NCBI GenBank assembly: GCA_951406725.2
Contig: OX597836.1
Location: 27,032,001 to 27,096,000 of the forward strand
Direction of reading: 5' to 3'
Source of the DNA: Octopus vulgaris
Taxonomy: Eukaryota
Length of the DNA: 64,000 bases
The position numbers and the translations under genes were made by a program. How positions within the stretch are numbered: the first letter of the stretch is position 1; each line of letters begins with the position of its first letter. Below the pieces are notes generated by a model. It was not told the DNA's origin, made no database searches, and saw only the letters and a program-made list of their open reading frames with translations. Of the stretch, positions 1 to 58,611 are shown one piece after another.

Positions 1-46227
<46,227 letters not shown>

Positions 46228-46682
46228 TTTAATAATTTGGCATCTCACTGAATAACAGACAGCCTGTTGCAGAGAAATGAAGCGAAAAAAAAAAAAAAAA
46301 AAAAAAAAAGGTGAAGAATATACGTGAAGTATATATACAAACAGGAAAACTGGGTGTATGTATGAATACATACATGCACAGAATAATGAACAGCTTTAAC
46401 TGATTTTTTTGGCTCTTATTGGGTTTCTATCAGAGGTATCTCCATCACTTAACGGATTCTGGAGAAACAAGCGACCAATCCGTTTATACACCAGTCATAT
46501 CCAGCAGCTTCTGAAGAGAATTGGAGCTACCAGTTTGCATTCAATAGGAGTCAAGAACTTTATTTGAAATTTCTATGTATGTGTGTGTGTGCGTTTGTGT
46601 CTATTTCTGTGTATGTGCACGAGTGTTTGGGTATGTGTGTTTTGTATGTATGTGTGTACATATATATATATATATATATATA

Positions 46683-46997
46683 AATAAACAATTCATAGAT
46701 AAGGGCAAACGAAAAAATTTCTAATGCCGAAAATTGCCCCTTCCATGGGTATGAGTAAGTATCTCATTTATTTATTTTGCCACATGTATCACTGACGAAG
46801 GGAGGGCTGTTATAAGCTAACCCTGAAATCGGTCCGATATGGTAATAATGGAATATTTTAGAAATTTCTGTCAACCTTTTTTCAAGTAGTGCGCGTATTG
46901 TGAAAAAATTATATGGTTAATGGACAATATGTCCAATTTTGCGGCATATTTGGCATTAGAAATTTTTTCCTTTGCCCTCATTTATGAATTGTTTATA
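46683..46997. repeat. ~55-bp inverted repeat enclosing a hammerhead motif
   Basis: ATAAACAATTCATAGATAAGGGCAAAC..AATGCC versus its reverse complement at 46941-46997. Confidence 0.8.
46787..46844 (+). ncRNA. Minimal type I hammerhead ribozyme motif
   Basis: TATCA-CTGACGA-[AGGG..CCCT]-GAAA-TCGGTCCGA-TA-TGGTA: core intact, stems I, II and III all pairable. Confidence 0.7.
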
Positions 46998-47179
46998 AAT
47001 TTAACCTTTGAAGGTATTTTTTAATGTGCTGGCCATTGATAAAATTTTTTTTCGAAAAAAATTTTATCCTACATTAGATATATATATATATATACACGCA
47101 CACCATATACACAATGTCCATCCTACACTCTGTTTATCTATTCAGCTATCTCCTCTCTCCATTTATCTATTTATCTGTA

Positions 47180-47229
<50 letters not shown>

Positions 47230-47237
47230 GTTGTTTT

Positions 47238-48203
47238 TAATGTACACAATATATAGTGATGAACTACTAATAGTTTCATACATTGAAGATATTATCTAAG
47301 CAGGTTTTAAACAGTATCTCCAAGTAATCAGGCTCTGAGAACATGGTCTAAAGAAGTTAAAAACCCAGATAATAGAGCAAGAGAATTCACAAGACGAAAT
47401 GAGATGAAGGTGGATGGATAAAGGGGGAATGTGAATTGAAATAAATGAAAGAGAAGAGTTATGTCCCCTCTTGCCATATAGTCATAAAGCTAGTTGATGT
47501 AGAATCAACAGAAGAGGTCTAAAATCTGCAATGCAGCTGTTAAATCTGCAAAGGATGGTGTTCTCCAGTTTGCTAAAAGAAACTTGTCCACGTAATTGCA
47601 TTTGCAGAAAATTTCTGATCTGGAATTCAGGCTAACCACATATGGTGTTTGAAGGCCAACAACTCCATACCACACACAATGAAGAGGAAAGTTATAGAAA
47701 AGTCCATGCTATAATCTAATAGATAAAAGAAGATGCAAGTTATGAGTAGCAGAAAGATTGCATATTTTTCTTAGATCTAAGAATTCCACAGCACTGTTGA
47801 ATTCCAGATCAGAAATTTTCAACAAGTGCAAACATATGGACAAGTTTCTATTGGGGAATTGGAGAACACTACCCTCTCCAGGTTTAGCAGCTGTATCACA
47901 GACTTTAGATCCTATCTGTTGATTCTACAACATCAAGTCTTATGACTCTACAGTCAATGAGGACAAACTCTAATTCTTCATTTTTTTTTTCTGCTGTTTT
48001 TCACCCTTTGACCTTCCCCATCCATCTTCATCTTGTCTTTTCTCATTATTTCTGTTGTTCTATTGTCTTGATTTGTAACTCATATAGGCCACATGCTCAG
48101 AGCTGGAGAGGTTACTTGGACACATCAGGTGTGATTTAAAACCCACCTTGATAATATCTTCAATCTATGAAACTATTTATAACTCATATATGCTGTGTAT
48201 ATT
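47238..48203. repeat. Long diverged inverted repeat (arms ~390 bp)
   Basis: e.g. GAAAATTTCTGATCTGGAATTCA / TGAATTCCAGATCAGAAATTTTC and TAGTTTCATACATTGAAGATATTATC / GATAATATCTTCAATCTATGAAACTA. Confidence 0.85.
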
Positions 48204-48279
48204 AAATAATATTTATCTCTCACCAGATGGAGTACATTTATAGTTGAGGTTACCTTAACAGAAAAGTATATATATACAC

Positions 48280-48310
<31 letters not shown>

Positions 48311-48320
<10 letters not shown>

Positions 48321-48752
48321 TAATAAAGCGTTATTTGCAACAAGTTGCTTAAACCACATACAGAAAATATTAGAAATAGCAGCCAAATAGGTCACCATTA
48401 CTATTACTACAAAAATAAGTCTCCACAAACAACAGTATTTGTAACACCAATTCGAATAATATAATTGGTGAGTTTTTTCCTAGCATTTCTAGATTTATGG
48501 GAAATATTATGTTGATAAGAAAATGAATTTTCGATTCTAATCCAGAAACGATCGTCCATAATTGATCCAAAGTAGATTGTGTGATTTCGTTGTCTTCATT
48601 CTTTTTACCATATACGGGTTACAAATACTGTTGTTTGTGGAGACTTATTTTTGTAGTAATAGTAATGGTGACCTATTTGGCTGCTATTTCTAATATTTTC
48701 TGTATGTGGTTTAAGCAACTTGTTGCAAATAACCCTTTATTATAATTATATA
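48311..48752. repeat. ~135-bp near-perfect inverted repeat flanked by (TA)n
   Basis: Arms 48311-48445 and 48618-48752, one mismatch seen. Confidence 0.92.
48506..48562 (+). ncRNA. Degenerate minimal hammerhead motif
   Basis: ATTATG/CATAAT stem I, TTGATAA (decayed CTGATGA), GAAA-CGATCG-TC. Confidence 0.45.
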
Positions 48753-48886
48753 TAATTTTTACCGAATATGGTCCTTTCCATACCGAAAGACTACTAGGTG
48801 AAATTTATTAATTTTATTAAATTAATTATATTTCACCCTTTATATGTATATATATATATATGTATATATGTATATATACATATACA

Positions 48887-48918
<32 letters not shown>

Positions 48919-49999
48919 CATATTGTTTAAATATTTCTGATTACTTATTAAAATATTACAATTAACCTGAAGATTGACTGTAACCATAATTCGAATTATT
49001 AATTGAATTTAAATTATTGTTATTCGAATTGGTTACTGGTATGAAACGATCGTAGTGTTTTTACTATTTATCTTATATTAAACTTTTAATACTTTTTGAT
49101 AGTTATATAATTTACAAAAAAAAATAAAAATAAATAAATAAAATAAAATAAAATGAATATATATATATATATATATATATTTAAAATTTTAACTTTAATT
49201 TAAATATTTTAATTTGGAATTTTATATTTTATATTTTTTATATTTTTTTAATTAATTTTTCTCTATGTATTGGCTTATGATTTTCACTGTTTGATTTGCC
49301 TAATAGTGGTTTTATCTCTAATTTAATATAATATACATACCTATATATACATACATACATATATATACATATATATATATGTATATTTATATATATGTAT
49401 ATATATATATGTATGTATATATATATATGTATATATATGTATGTATATGTATGTATATGTATGTATGTATGTATGTATATATATAAATATATACAAATAA
49501 TTTGTGTCTGTACATATCATAATCTGCATGAAAATGCAAGAAGTATTTTTTTAATGCATTTTACAGAGAAGAAAAAGAGCAATTTATATGTAATTGAGTT
49601 TGTATAAGGGCTATGTCTATGTATGCATGTTGTGTGTCTGTCGTGTATGCATGCATGTAAATGTGTGTATTGTGTGCGTATTGGTTAACCTGTGAAAGGC
49701 AAGGAGAGAGACTTCAATGCGTCTGTTACAGACCCAACAATATGTAACACATAGACTATTCATTATAATTTGTTTTTACAATCTGTAAATATGTTTTATT
49801 TTTAAAATAAACTTGATTTTTTAATATTTTAAATGTATTTCATTATAATTTTTAATATTTTAAAATCAGTAAACATACTGATCTCAAATTTTAGCACAAC
49901 GCCAGCAATTTAGTAGGACATGAATTTATTATTTTTACTGTAGCTTGAGTTGGTTGTTCCAGATAGACGCTAACCCGCTAAGGTTAGCATTATCTATAA

Positions 50000-50305
50000 C
50001 TAGCAGTATCACCCGGCGTTGCTCGGGTTTGTAAGGGAAATAACTATATAAGCATTTTTAGAGAGTTACTTCCCTTATATAAAACCGAGCGAAAAATGGA
50101 TTAAAAATGCGGAAAAATGATGGTAAATTTTTTTTTAAATTGTAGACTCATCGTAGATGCGCGCTAATACCCAGAAGGGCTCGATATGAATCACGACTAT
50201 AAGATACCCGCTTTTGGTTAAACTGCACCGCAAAATGTGGGAGTAGTTAGGAATCTAAATCGAAGGGGACAGACACACACACAGCTACAGTTTTATATAT
50301 AAAGA
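50000..50305 (-). mobile_element. Non-autonomous Helitron-like element
   Basis: Reverse-complement homologue of 2832-3229 with the same termini. Confidence 0.75.
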
Positions 50306-50318
50306 TAAAATGACTTAA

Positions 50319-50550
50319 AGGCGGGGAGCTGGCAGAAACGTTAGCACGCTGGGCGAAATGCGTAGCCGTATTTCATCTGTCGTTACGTTCCGAGTTCAAA
50401 TTCCGCCGAGATCGACTTTGCCTTTCATCCTTTCGGGGTCGATAAATTAAGTACCAGTTACGCACCGAGGTTGATGTAATCGACTTAATCCCTTTGTCTG
50501 TCCTTGTTTGTCCCCTCTGTGTTTAGCCCCTTGTGGGTAGTAAAGAAATA
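50319..50550 (+). mobile_element. SINE family A, full length
   Basis: Head to GTAAAGAAATA tail; another copy at 51150-51380. Confidence 0.85.
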
Positions 50551-52215
50551 TATAATAGAACGACTTTGGATGGGGAGGTAACTCAGTGCATGGTTGATTT
50601 AAATTAGGGAGGGGAGGTAAGTCACTACACGCCACTAATTTGGTAGATTGGATTGCTAATTCTTTGGTGCGTTCCAAAATTAAAGGTTCAGTCAGTTTCG
50701 GTAAAGACATTGAACCATCCACTTCATACTTTACAACTGCTCTTCTATTCATTTTTAATAGAGCATGGAATTATAACTTGGAGCAACTTTAGTAATTATG
50801 GCTATCAAGACAAATTTATTTTAACAACTTTGAGGCAGTAAAGATTGTTTGCCAACATAACATGGCAGTCCTGGTTTAGGACTAATGTTGCTGTAATTTA
50901 GCCCTGGGAAACATCGTCTCCTGCTGGCTATACGACACGATCTGTCCTTATATTTTCGAACAAGGGAATCTAGCATCCCAACCCAGCTCAAAACAATCTT
51001 TATGTCTCTGCATGTGTCCTCCACTACCACTTTATTTAGACTAAGCTCTTCAAAGTAGTGCTCCAGTATGGCCGCAGTCGTATAACTGAAGCAAAAAAAA
51101 GAAACAGAAAAAAGAGAGTGGAATGAATTGGACCTTTGACAGTGAAATATGAGCTGGCAGAAACGTTAGCACGCCGGGCGAAATGCGTAGCCGTATTTCG
51201 TCTGTCGTTACGTTCTGAGTTCAAATTCCGCCAAGGTCGACTTTGCCTTTCATCCTTTCGGGGTCGATTAAATAAGTACCAGTTACACACTGGGATCAAT
51301 GTAATCGACTTAATACCTATGTCTGTCCTTGTTTGTCCCCTCTGTGTTTAGCCCCTTGTGGGTAGTAAAGAAATAGATATTTAGGACTATAGCCACATTG
51401 TAGGACCACAGTATAATGTGCCAAATTTTTTACCAGTTTGACCTGTTCTCAAGTGCATTCAGCCATTTAAGTACTCTATATTCATCATCATCATCATCTA
51501 ACGTCCATTTTTCATGCTGGCATGGGTTGAACGGTTCGACTGGGGTCTGGAAAGCCAGGAGGCTGCACCAGGCCCCAATCTGGTCTGGCAGTGTTTCTAC
51601 AGCTGGATGCCTTTCCTAATGCCAACCCTTCCGAGAGTATAGTGGGTGCTTTTTTACATGCCACCGGCACAGGGGCCAGAGGTGCTGGCATCAACCACGA
51701 TTGGATGGTGCTTTTTATGTGCCACCGGCACAGAAGCCAGACAAAGCGGCACAAATATTTTAGCCAGTTGACCAATATTCTTTTGACTCAAGCATTCATG
51801 TTCTGTGATTACCAATTCCAAAATTTGACCATTTCCCCAATTAACTGGGTTTTTTCTGTGGTCATTACATGATGGAATTTTGGCCAAAGCCCTGTCAATT
51901 TAGTAATTCAAGATCTCTGCAATTATTAATCATGAAATAATTTATTGAACATAAAGATTTTATTAACTCTTTACCATTTAATTCGGCCATATCCAGCCCA
52001 AATATTCTACCTGTTTTATGTTAATATTGACCAGATCCAACTCCTCACACCTACCCCACAATGTCATGCTAGAAGTAAACAAGCACACCACTGTAATCTT
52101 GAAGCTATGAGATAATGAATAATTAATTCAAAACGACGTGAATAAATATGCATAACATTTGATGGAGTAATTTGAATGCTGAAGGGTTAAATATAAGCAA
52201 ATAGAATTGAAATAA

Positions 52216-52617
52216 GGTGCAGGAGTGGCTGTGTGGTAAGTAGCTTGCTAACTAACCATATGGTTCCGGGTTCAGTCCCACTGCGTGGCATCTTGGGCAA
52301 GTGTCTTCTGCTATAGCCCCAGACCGACCAATGCCTTGTGAGTGGATTTGGTAGACGGAAACTGAAAGAATCCTGTCGTATATATGTATATATATATGTA
52401 TGTGTGTCTGTGTTTGTCCCCCTAGCATTGCTTGACAACCGATGCTGGTGTGTTTACGTCCCTGTCACTTAGCGGTTCAGCAAAAGATACCGATAGAATA
52501 AGTACTGGGCTTACAAAGAAAATGTCCCGGGGTCGATTTGCTCGACTAAAGGCGGTGCTCCAGCATGGCCGCAGTCAAATGACTGAAACAAGTAAAAGAG
52601 TAAAGAGTAAAAGAGTA
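52216..52617 (+). mobile_element. SINE family B
   Basis: Same head, core and tail. Confidence 0.85.
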
Positions 52618-53520
52618 AGTAAAAATAAGGACAAATATAAACAAAATGTAAGGGCATTATGTCAGGTTTTGTTTTAATAACATTAATTACAAGAAACAAA
52701 AAGAAAAATGGGGTTTTTGTGTGTAAAACAACAGTTAGAATTGGAGGGAAGATGGTAACAGACAATCCAAGTATTTGACATTGAGAGAAATAACTTCCTT
52801 ATGCAAATATATATATATATATACACATAAACATAATTTATGTAAGACATATTAACATAATTTATGTAAATATTAGTATAGTCTGTACATGATAACACAC
52901 ACACACACACACACAGACTCAATATAAAGGAATTTCATAGTTTAAAACTTCATGTTAAAACTTAAAGAGTGTTCAAAAGAGAAGGGGGTGGGGGCTCACA
53001 ATTTGGGGTATTTTTTTAAATTTGACATCATCTCTGATATAACTGAGGTCAACTGCTTTGAGGGGTGGGAGTTAATTATGAAATCTATATCTTACAGTTT
53101 TACCTGTAGGATATGATGCCTTCTTGAATTTATCACCATTGTATGATGAGCTGTGTGAACCATTAGACCAAAGGCACACAAATAAAGAATCTTGTCTTTG
53201 AGTAGTAATTCTGTCAGGTAAAGTCAGCTGTTCCTTTCGAAGTTCCATATTTTCTTTCAGCTGATCCTAATAAAACAGTGAGAAAATTAAAGAATTTCTA
53301 CAGGTGTTAGCTGTAAAATGTCTCATTGTGGAGTCTAATTGGAAAAAACAAACAAACAATTAATGGAATTTAATTGTGTTCATTATGGACATAACATAAA
53401 ACTGTACAAGAGGTGAGATATGAACCAGGTGAGCTCCACATTGATACAAACATTTGGAAATTTCCATTTATTGGATATATATATATATATATGTCATGTA
53501 GATAGATACAGGTATTAGAT

Positions 53521-53597
<77 letters not shown>

Positions 53598-53600
<3 letters not shown>

Positions 53601-53869
53601 TGGCTGACTGGCCAGGTTGCCAGCTTGCCCAATGGCAAGTGGGCCCCTGTGCCATTAGAACCCATATATGGAGGACCCATCCTCTCAAGTTTGAGAATTT
53701 TTTATTCACTCCTGGAAGAATGTCTTAATTATTTCAGCCTGGCTGTGTTTGTAGACAGTTGAAAATAATACTTTTAACAAAAAAAAAAAATTCAATGATA
53801 ACATTGTAGTTGTGAGTGGGCCCCCTTAGTTTCCTAACAACCAATATTTTTAGACCCAGTCTGCCACTG
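53598..53869. mobile_element. MITE with CAGTGGC(T/A)GACTGG terminal inverted repeats
   Basis: TIRs at both ends, inserted in (TA)n. Confidence 0.7.
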
Positions 53870-54754
53870 CATATATATATATATATTGCACACACACACA
53901 TATATACATTTGGTTGACCAAAAAGTTGTAACTCCTATCTACTAATGAAACATGTGTAACTTGAAATTAAAAATATGTCAAATTTTTAGTCTTCTGTTAT
54001 ATGTGTGTGTATGTAGTGGACTGTTCTGTGATGCTAAGATTAACAAAAAATAAGTATTCCATCTCGTGGGAGATGAATATTATTTAATAAGCATAGTATG
54101 TTTTTATTAGTCTCATGTGATGAGAGCATGCCACACAATATTCTTTGACATGTCTGGTTCTTTCTGTTTTCTGGTTTTCAACTGTCTACCTTTCATATCT
54201 ACTTCTTTCTCATCTTTTTTTGCTCTTTTTCTTATTCCATTGACCCATTTTTAGTTTGTTATGCCACGTGGGCAGTGCCTGAAGATTGCACAGAGTCAGC
54301 AGGCAGCTTAAAAAATACTGTCTGACATGCTCTCATCACATGAGACTAATAGTAGCACATAAAAAAATATATATTGTATTTATTAAATAACATATATGTA
54401 TGTACATGTTGTGTATATATATAACAACAGTGAACATAGCCTGGTTGTCAAAAATGACCAATACTGTCCAATATCAAAGCCTCACGAATAGTCACAGCCA
54501 GATGGCTGAAACCAATCAAAAGATATAAATATGTAACTTCCACAAACAGACAAAAAAAAAATGTTTAATTACACATGCATACACATGGACAGATATAAAG
54601 ATGCATACATATTTACATAACCTCACATCCATGTTCATGTAGATAAATGAATTGTAAAAAAATTAGTTTGTATAAAATTTTAAGGCAGACAAAATAGAAT
54701 TAATTTCATAAAAACATTATTTCACAGGAGAAAAAAATTAAACTGGAATAAATT

Positions 54755-54981
54755 TTAACCCTTTAGTATTTAAACCGGCCATATCCGGCCAAAATAGTTA
54801 ATCTGTTTTATGTTCAAACTGACCAGATCCAGGCTCTCACACCTACCCTACAATGCTATTCTACATTAAGTAATTACACCATCAAGATCTTGAAGATATG
54901 AGACAATGCATGATTAATTCAAATCAATGTGAATCAATAAGCATTATGTTTGATAGAATAATCTGAACACTAAAGGGTTAA
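54755..54981. mobile_element. piggyBac-type MITE
   Basis: TTAA TSD, CCCTTTAG termini. Confidence 0.85.
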
Positions 54982-55024
54982 ACTAAGGAAGGATTTCTAT
55001 GCTTTCGAAAATACTAATAACAGC

Positions 55025-56113
55025 AACCCTTTCTAGTATAATCATAACACCTGGAATTTTTTAGGGGAGAGGGTTGGTTGATTACATCAGTCTCAGTACA
55101 CAACTGGTACTTATTTTATCAATCCCGGAAGGGTGAGAAGCAAAGTCAACCTTGGCAAAATTTGAACTCAGAATGTAAAACCTGAAGAAAAGCTGGAAAG
55201 CATTTTGACCATTGTGCTTACGATTCTACCAGCTTGCCACCTAAATAATAATAATAATCTTTTCTACTCTAGGCACAAAGCCTGAAATTTTGGGGGAGGT
55301 GGGCAGTCGATTAGATTGGCCCCAGTACACAACTGTTACTTAATTTATAGGCCCTCCCCGAAAAGATGAAAGGCAAAGTCAACCTCAGCGGAATTTGAAC
55401 TCACAAGGTAAGCATTTCGCTTGGCGTGCTAACGTTTCAGCCAGCTTGCTATTAGGCACAAAGCCTGAAGTTTGGGTGGGTGGGGTTAGTAAATTACATC
55501 GACCCCAGTGCTCAACTGGTACTTATTTTATCGACTCCAAAAGGATGAAAGGCAAAGTTAACTTTGGAGGAATTTGAACTCAGAACATAAAGATGGGTGA
55601 AATGCCATTTTGCCCAGCGTCCTAATGAATCTGCCAGGCTCACTGCCTTTTATTATAGTAATAATAAAAATCCTTTTTACTAAAGGCAAAAAGCCGGAAA
55701 TTTCGTGGAAGGGGATTAGTCGATTACATCAACCCCAGTGTTTCCCCGATACTTAATTTATCGACCCCCAAAAGGATGAAAAGCAAAGTCGACCTCAGTG
55801 GAATTTGAACTCAGAACACAGTGACAGGTGAAATACCACTGGGCATTTTGCCCAGCATGCTAACAATTCTGCCAGCTCGCCACCTTAGTAACCCTTTCTA
55901 ATATAGATACAAGGCCTGAAAATTTGAAGGAGGGGACTAGTCAATTACATCGACCCCAGTGTTCAACTGGTACTTATTTTATCGACCCTGAAAGGACGAA
56001 AAGCAAAGTTGATCTTGCTGGAATTTGAACGCAGAACCTAAGGACATATGAAATGCCGCTATGCATTTCGTCCAGTGTGTTAATGATTCTGCCAGCTCAA
56101 TGCCTTTAATAAC

Positions 56114-56145
<32 letters not shown>

Positions 56146-56355
56146 TGATGATGATAATAATTGTTTCAAATGTAGATGCGTTGCCAGAAATTTTGGGAGG
56201 AGGATGCTGGTTGATGAAATTGGCTCCAGTATGTGACAGGTACTTTATTTTATTGAAAGAATGAGAAGGAAAAATTGATGTTGGTGGAACTTGAACTCAG
56301 AACATCAAGAACCAGGACAGTTAATACGACAAAGCATTTTGTCCAATGTTCTGAT
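55025..56355 (-). mobile_element. Head-to-tail cluster of about 6 diverged SINE family A copies
   Basis: Repeated GGTACTTA.TTTATCGACCC..AAAGGATGAAAGGCAAAGTC..GAATTTGAACTCAG, separated by AAT-rich spacers. Confidence 0.8.
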
Positions 56356-58255
56356 GATTCTGCCAAGTCCATTGTCCGGTCTAACAACAACAACAACAAC
56401 AATAATCATAATATTTTCTAATATAAGCAAAATCAAAATCAAAATCGAAATTGATCAACATCAATGGAAATTGCAGCTGTGATACCAGTGCCGGTGGTAC
56501 GTAAGAAAACCATCCGAACGTGGCCGTTGCCAGCGCTGCCCCAATTGGCCTCATGCCGGTGCCACGTAAAAAGCACCATCCGATCATGGCTGTTTGACAG
56601 CCTCGTTTGGCACGTAAAAGCACCCACTACACTCACGGAGTGGTTGGCGTTAGGAAGGGCATCCAGCTGTAGAAACATTGCGAGATCAGACTGGGCCTGG
56701 TGCAGCCTTCTGGCTTCCCAGACCCCAGTTGAACCATCCAACCCATGCTAGCATGGAAAGCGGATGCTAAATGATGATGATGATGATGAAGCAGACAGTC
56801 AGAAACCTGGAGAAGAGAAACTTTACCTAGAGTCTTGGAGAAAGTAGAATTGATTGAAATAATTCAGCAGTTAAAAATCACATATTCCTTCTTTTACAGG
56901 TTTCTGCCAATGGATTGTAGCCATGCTTGGATGGATACTACTTTCCGGGGATTTTACAGGATCATACCATCCTCAACCCCACCAGGGCTTATTTCAGTCT
57001 GCTACTTATTTTATCAATCCCTATTTGATGAACCACTAAGTTATGGGACAGAAGCGACAATATCAGTTTATGATATTGGCTTTCACAAAATTAAAACATA
57101 CATACATATATACATACATGCATACATATAAAACCATATTATATGCTCAACCCTTAACACCCATAAGAGAGAGCACTGCCAAAAAGTTCTCTGGTTTGCC
57201 ATCCTATGTGAAAAGCTGCATAGGAAGAGCCCTCTTAGATTAGACCATAGCTATAGTAAAATATTCAATAGGCTTAACTTACAAGACCCTGGACAAAGAC
57301 AGGATGCTCATATAAGGATGCAGATATAGAGTTTACAGTGAGTGCCCAGTGAATGGTCAATACAATATAGAAGCTATGGTCTGCAAAGCAGGAGTGGTGT
57401 TGTCCAATGAAAATAGAGCGACACATATACAGAAATTGGTCAGGTCAATGAAGGGCCCCTTTAAGGTGAAACTGTGAATCATTACATAACCTGTTTTAGA
57501 ATCCAAGACAGGTGCAATGTTACAACAGCTGGCAATTATATAGGGTGATTAAAAAAAGCAGCGCTGTACAAAATCAAGTGGAAATTGCCAAAACACCTAG
57601 GACCATATCTGAATGGAAGTAGGTGTTGCAAGCTTTGCTTGGTAGACAGAATCTTTCTAAAAAAAAGTACATACAATCCAGGGGTTTTCCTGAACTCCAA
57701 AGAGAGATATTTGGATAGTACCTTCATGAGCAGAAATTCTTTTTAGCAATGTGGTCATGTTCATTTTGGGATTTTTGGACTAGAGAATGACTTATTCACA
57801 CACACAGACACACACAATCAACCATAGCTAATATGGTTCCAGGGAAAATAAATCTTTGTCACAGATGATGTTATAATGTTTCACAAAGGTTCATTCAAGT
57901 TCTTTTTACCAACACCAAACCAGCTAGGATTTATATATACCTTCTGCATCAAAAAAGGCTGTGCATTTCCAGCTAACCTATCAGAAGGATCATAAATATT
58001 ACCAAGTGTAGTAGTAGCTGGTGCAAAATCAACAGTAAAATTATGACCAGTCATATATCATAACCAGTAATACAATGCTTAAAGATATAAAAATATAGCA
58101 ACTCTATTTCTCCATTTCTTTACTATCTTACAGCAGAAGATTGTCTTGGTGTCAGTTGATAGAAGAGAGAGTGATGAAAGAAAACCAGAATGAGAGGGTG
58201 ACAGAAGGTTGAGAAAAGGAAGAAAAGTAGAGGGATAGATGTGAATGGATGATAG

Positions 58256-58298
<43 letters not shown>

Positions 58299-58611
58299 AA
58301 AGAAGAAAGATCATGAGAGAAGGAGAATTAGACAGTTACATGACGGTTGTTGGTAAGTAGGTTGGATAGAAACATCATGAGTGATGTAGTGAGGGAGAGA
58401 GAGAATGTTTGGAAGGAGAGAAGGTGATAGATGAGGGAGTACTAGAAATAGAAGAGTGATGACTAATGTCAAAGGGTGGTAGTAAGAGGAGTAACTTAAT
58501 ACAGAGGGAGAGAGAGAAATGGTAAGGAGCCACACTGACAGAGGAAAGGGATAAGAGTGATAAAAAAATAATAAAGAGAAGGAATGGATACTTTATAGGA
58601 TTACATGGATA

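Noticed and set aside
46286-46309. Long A run as a retrocopy tail
   Set aside because: No TSD or processed gene upstream; probably a simple A tract that may cause internal priming.
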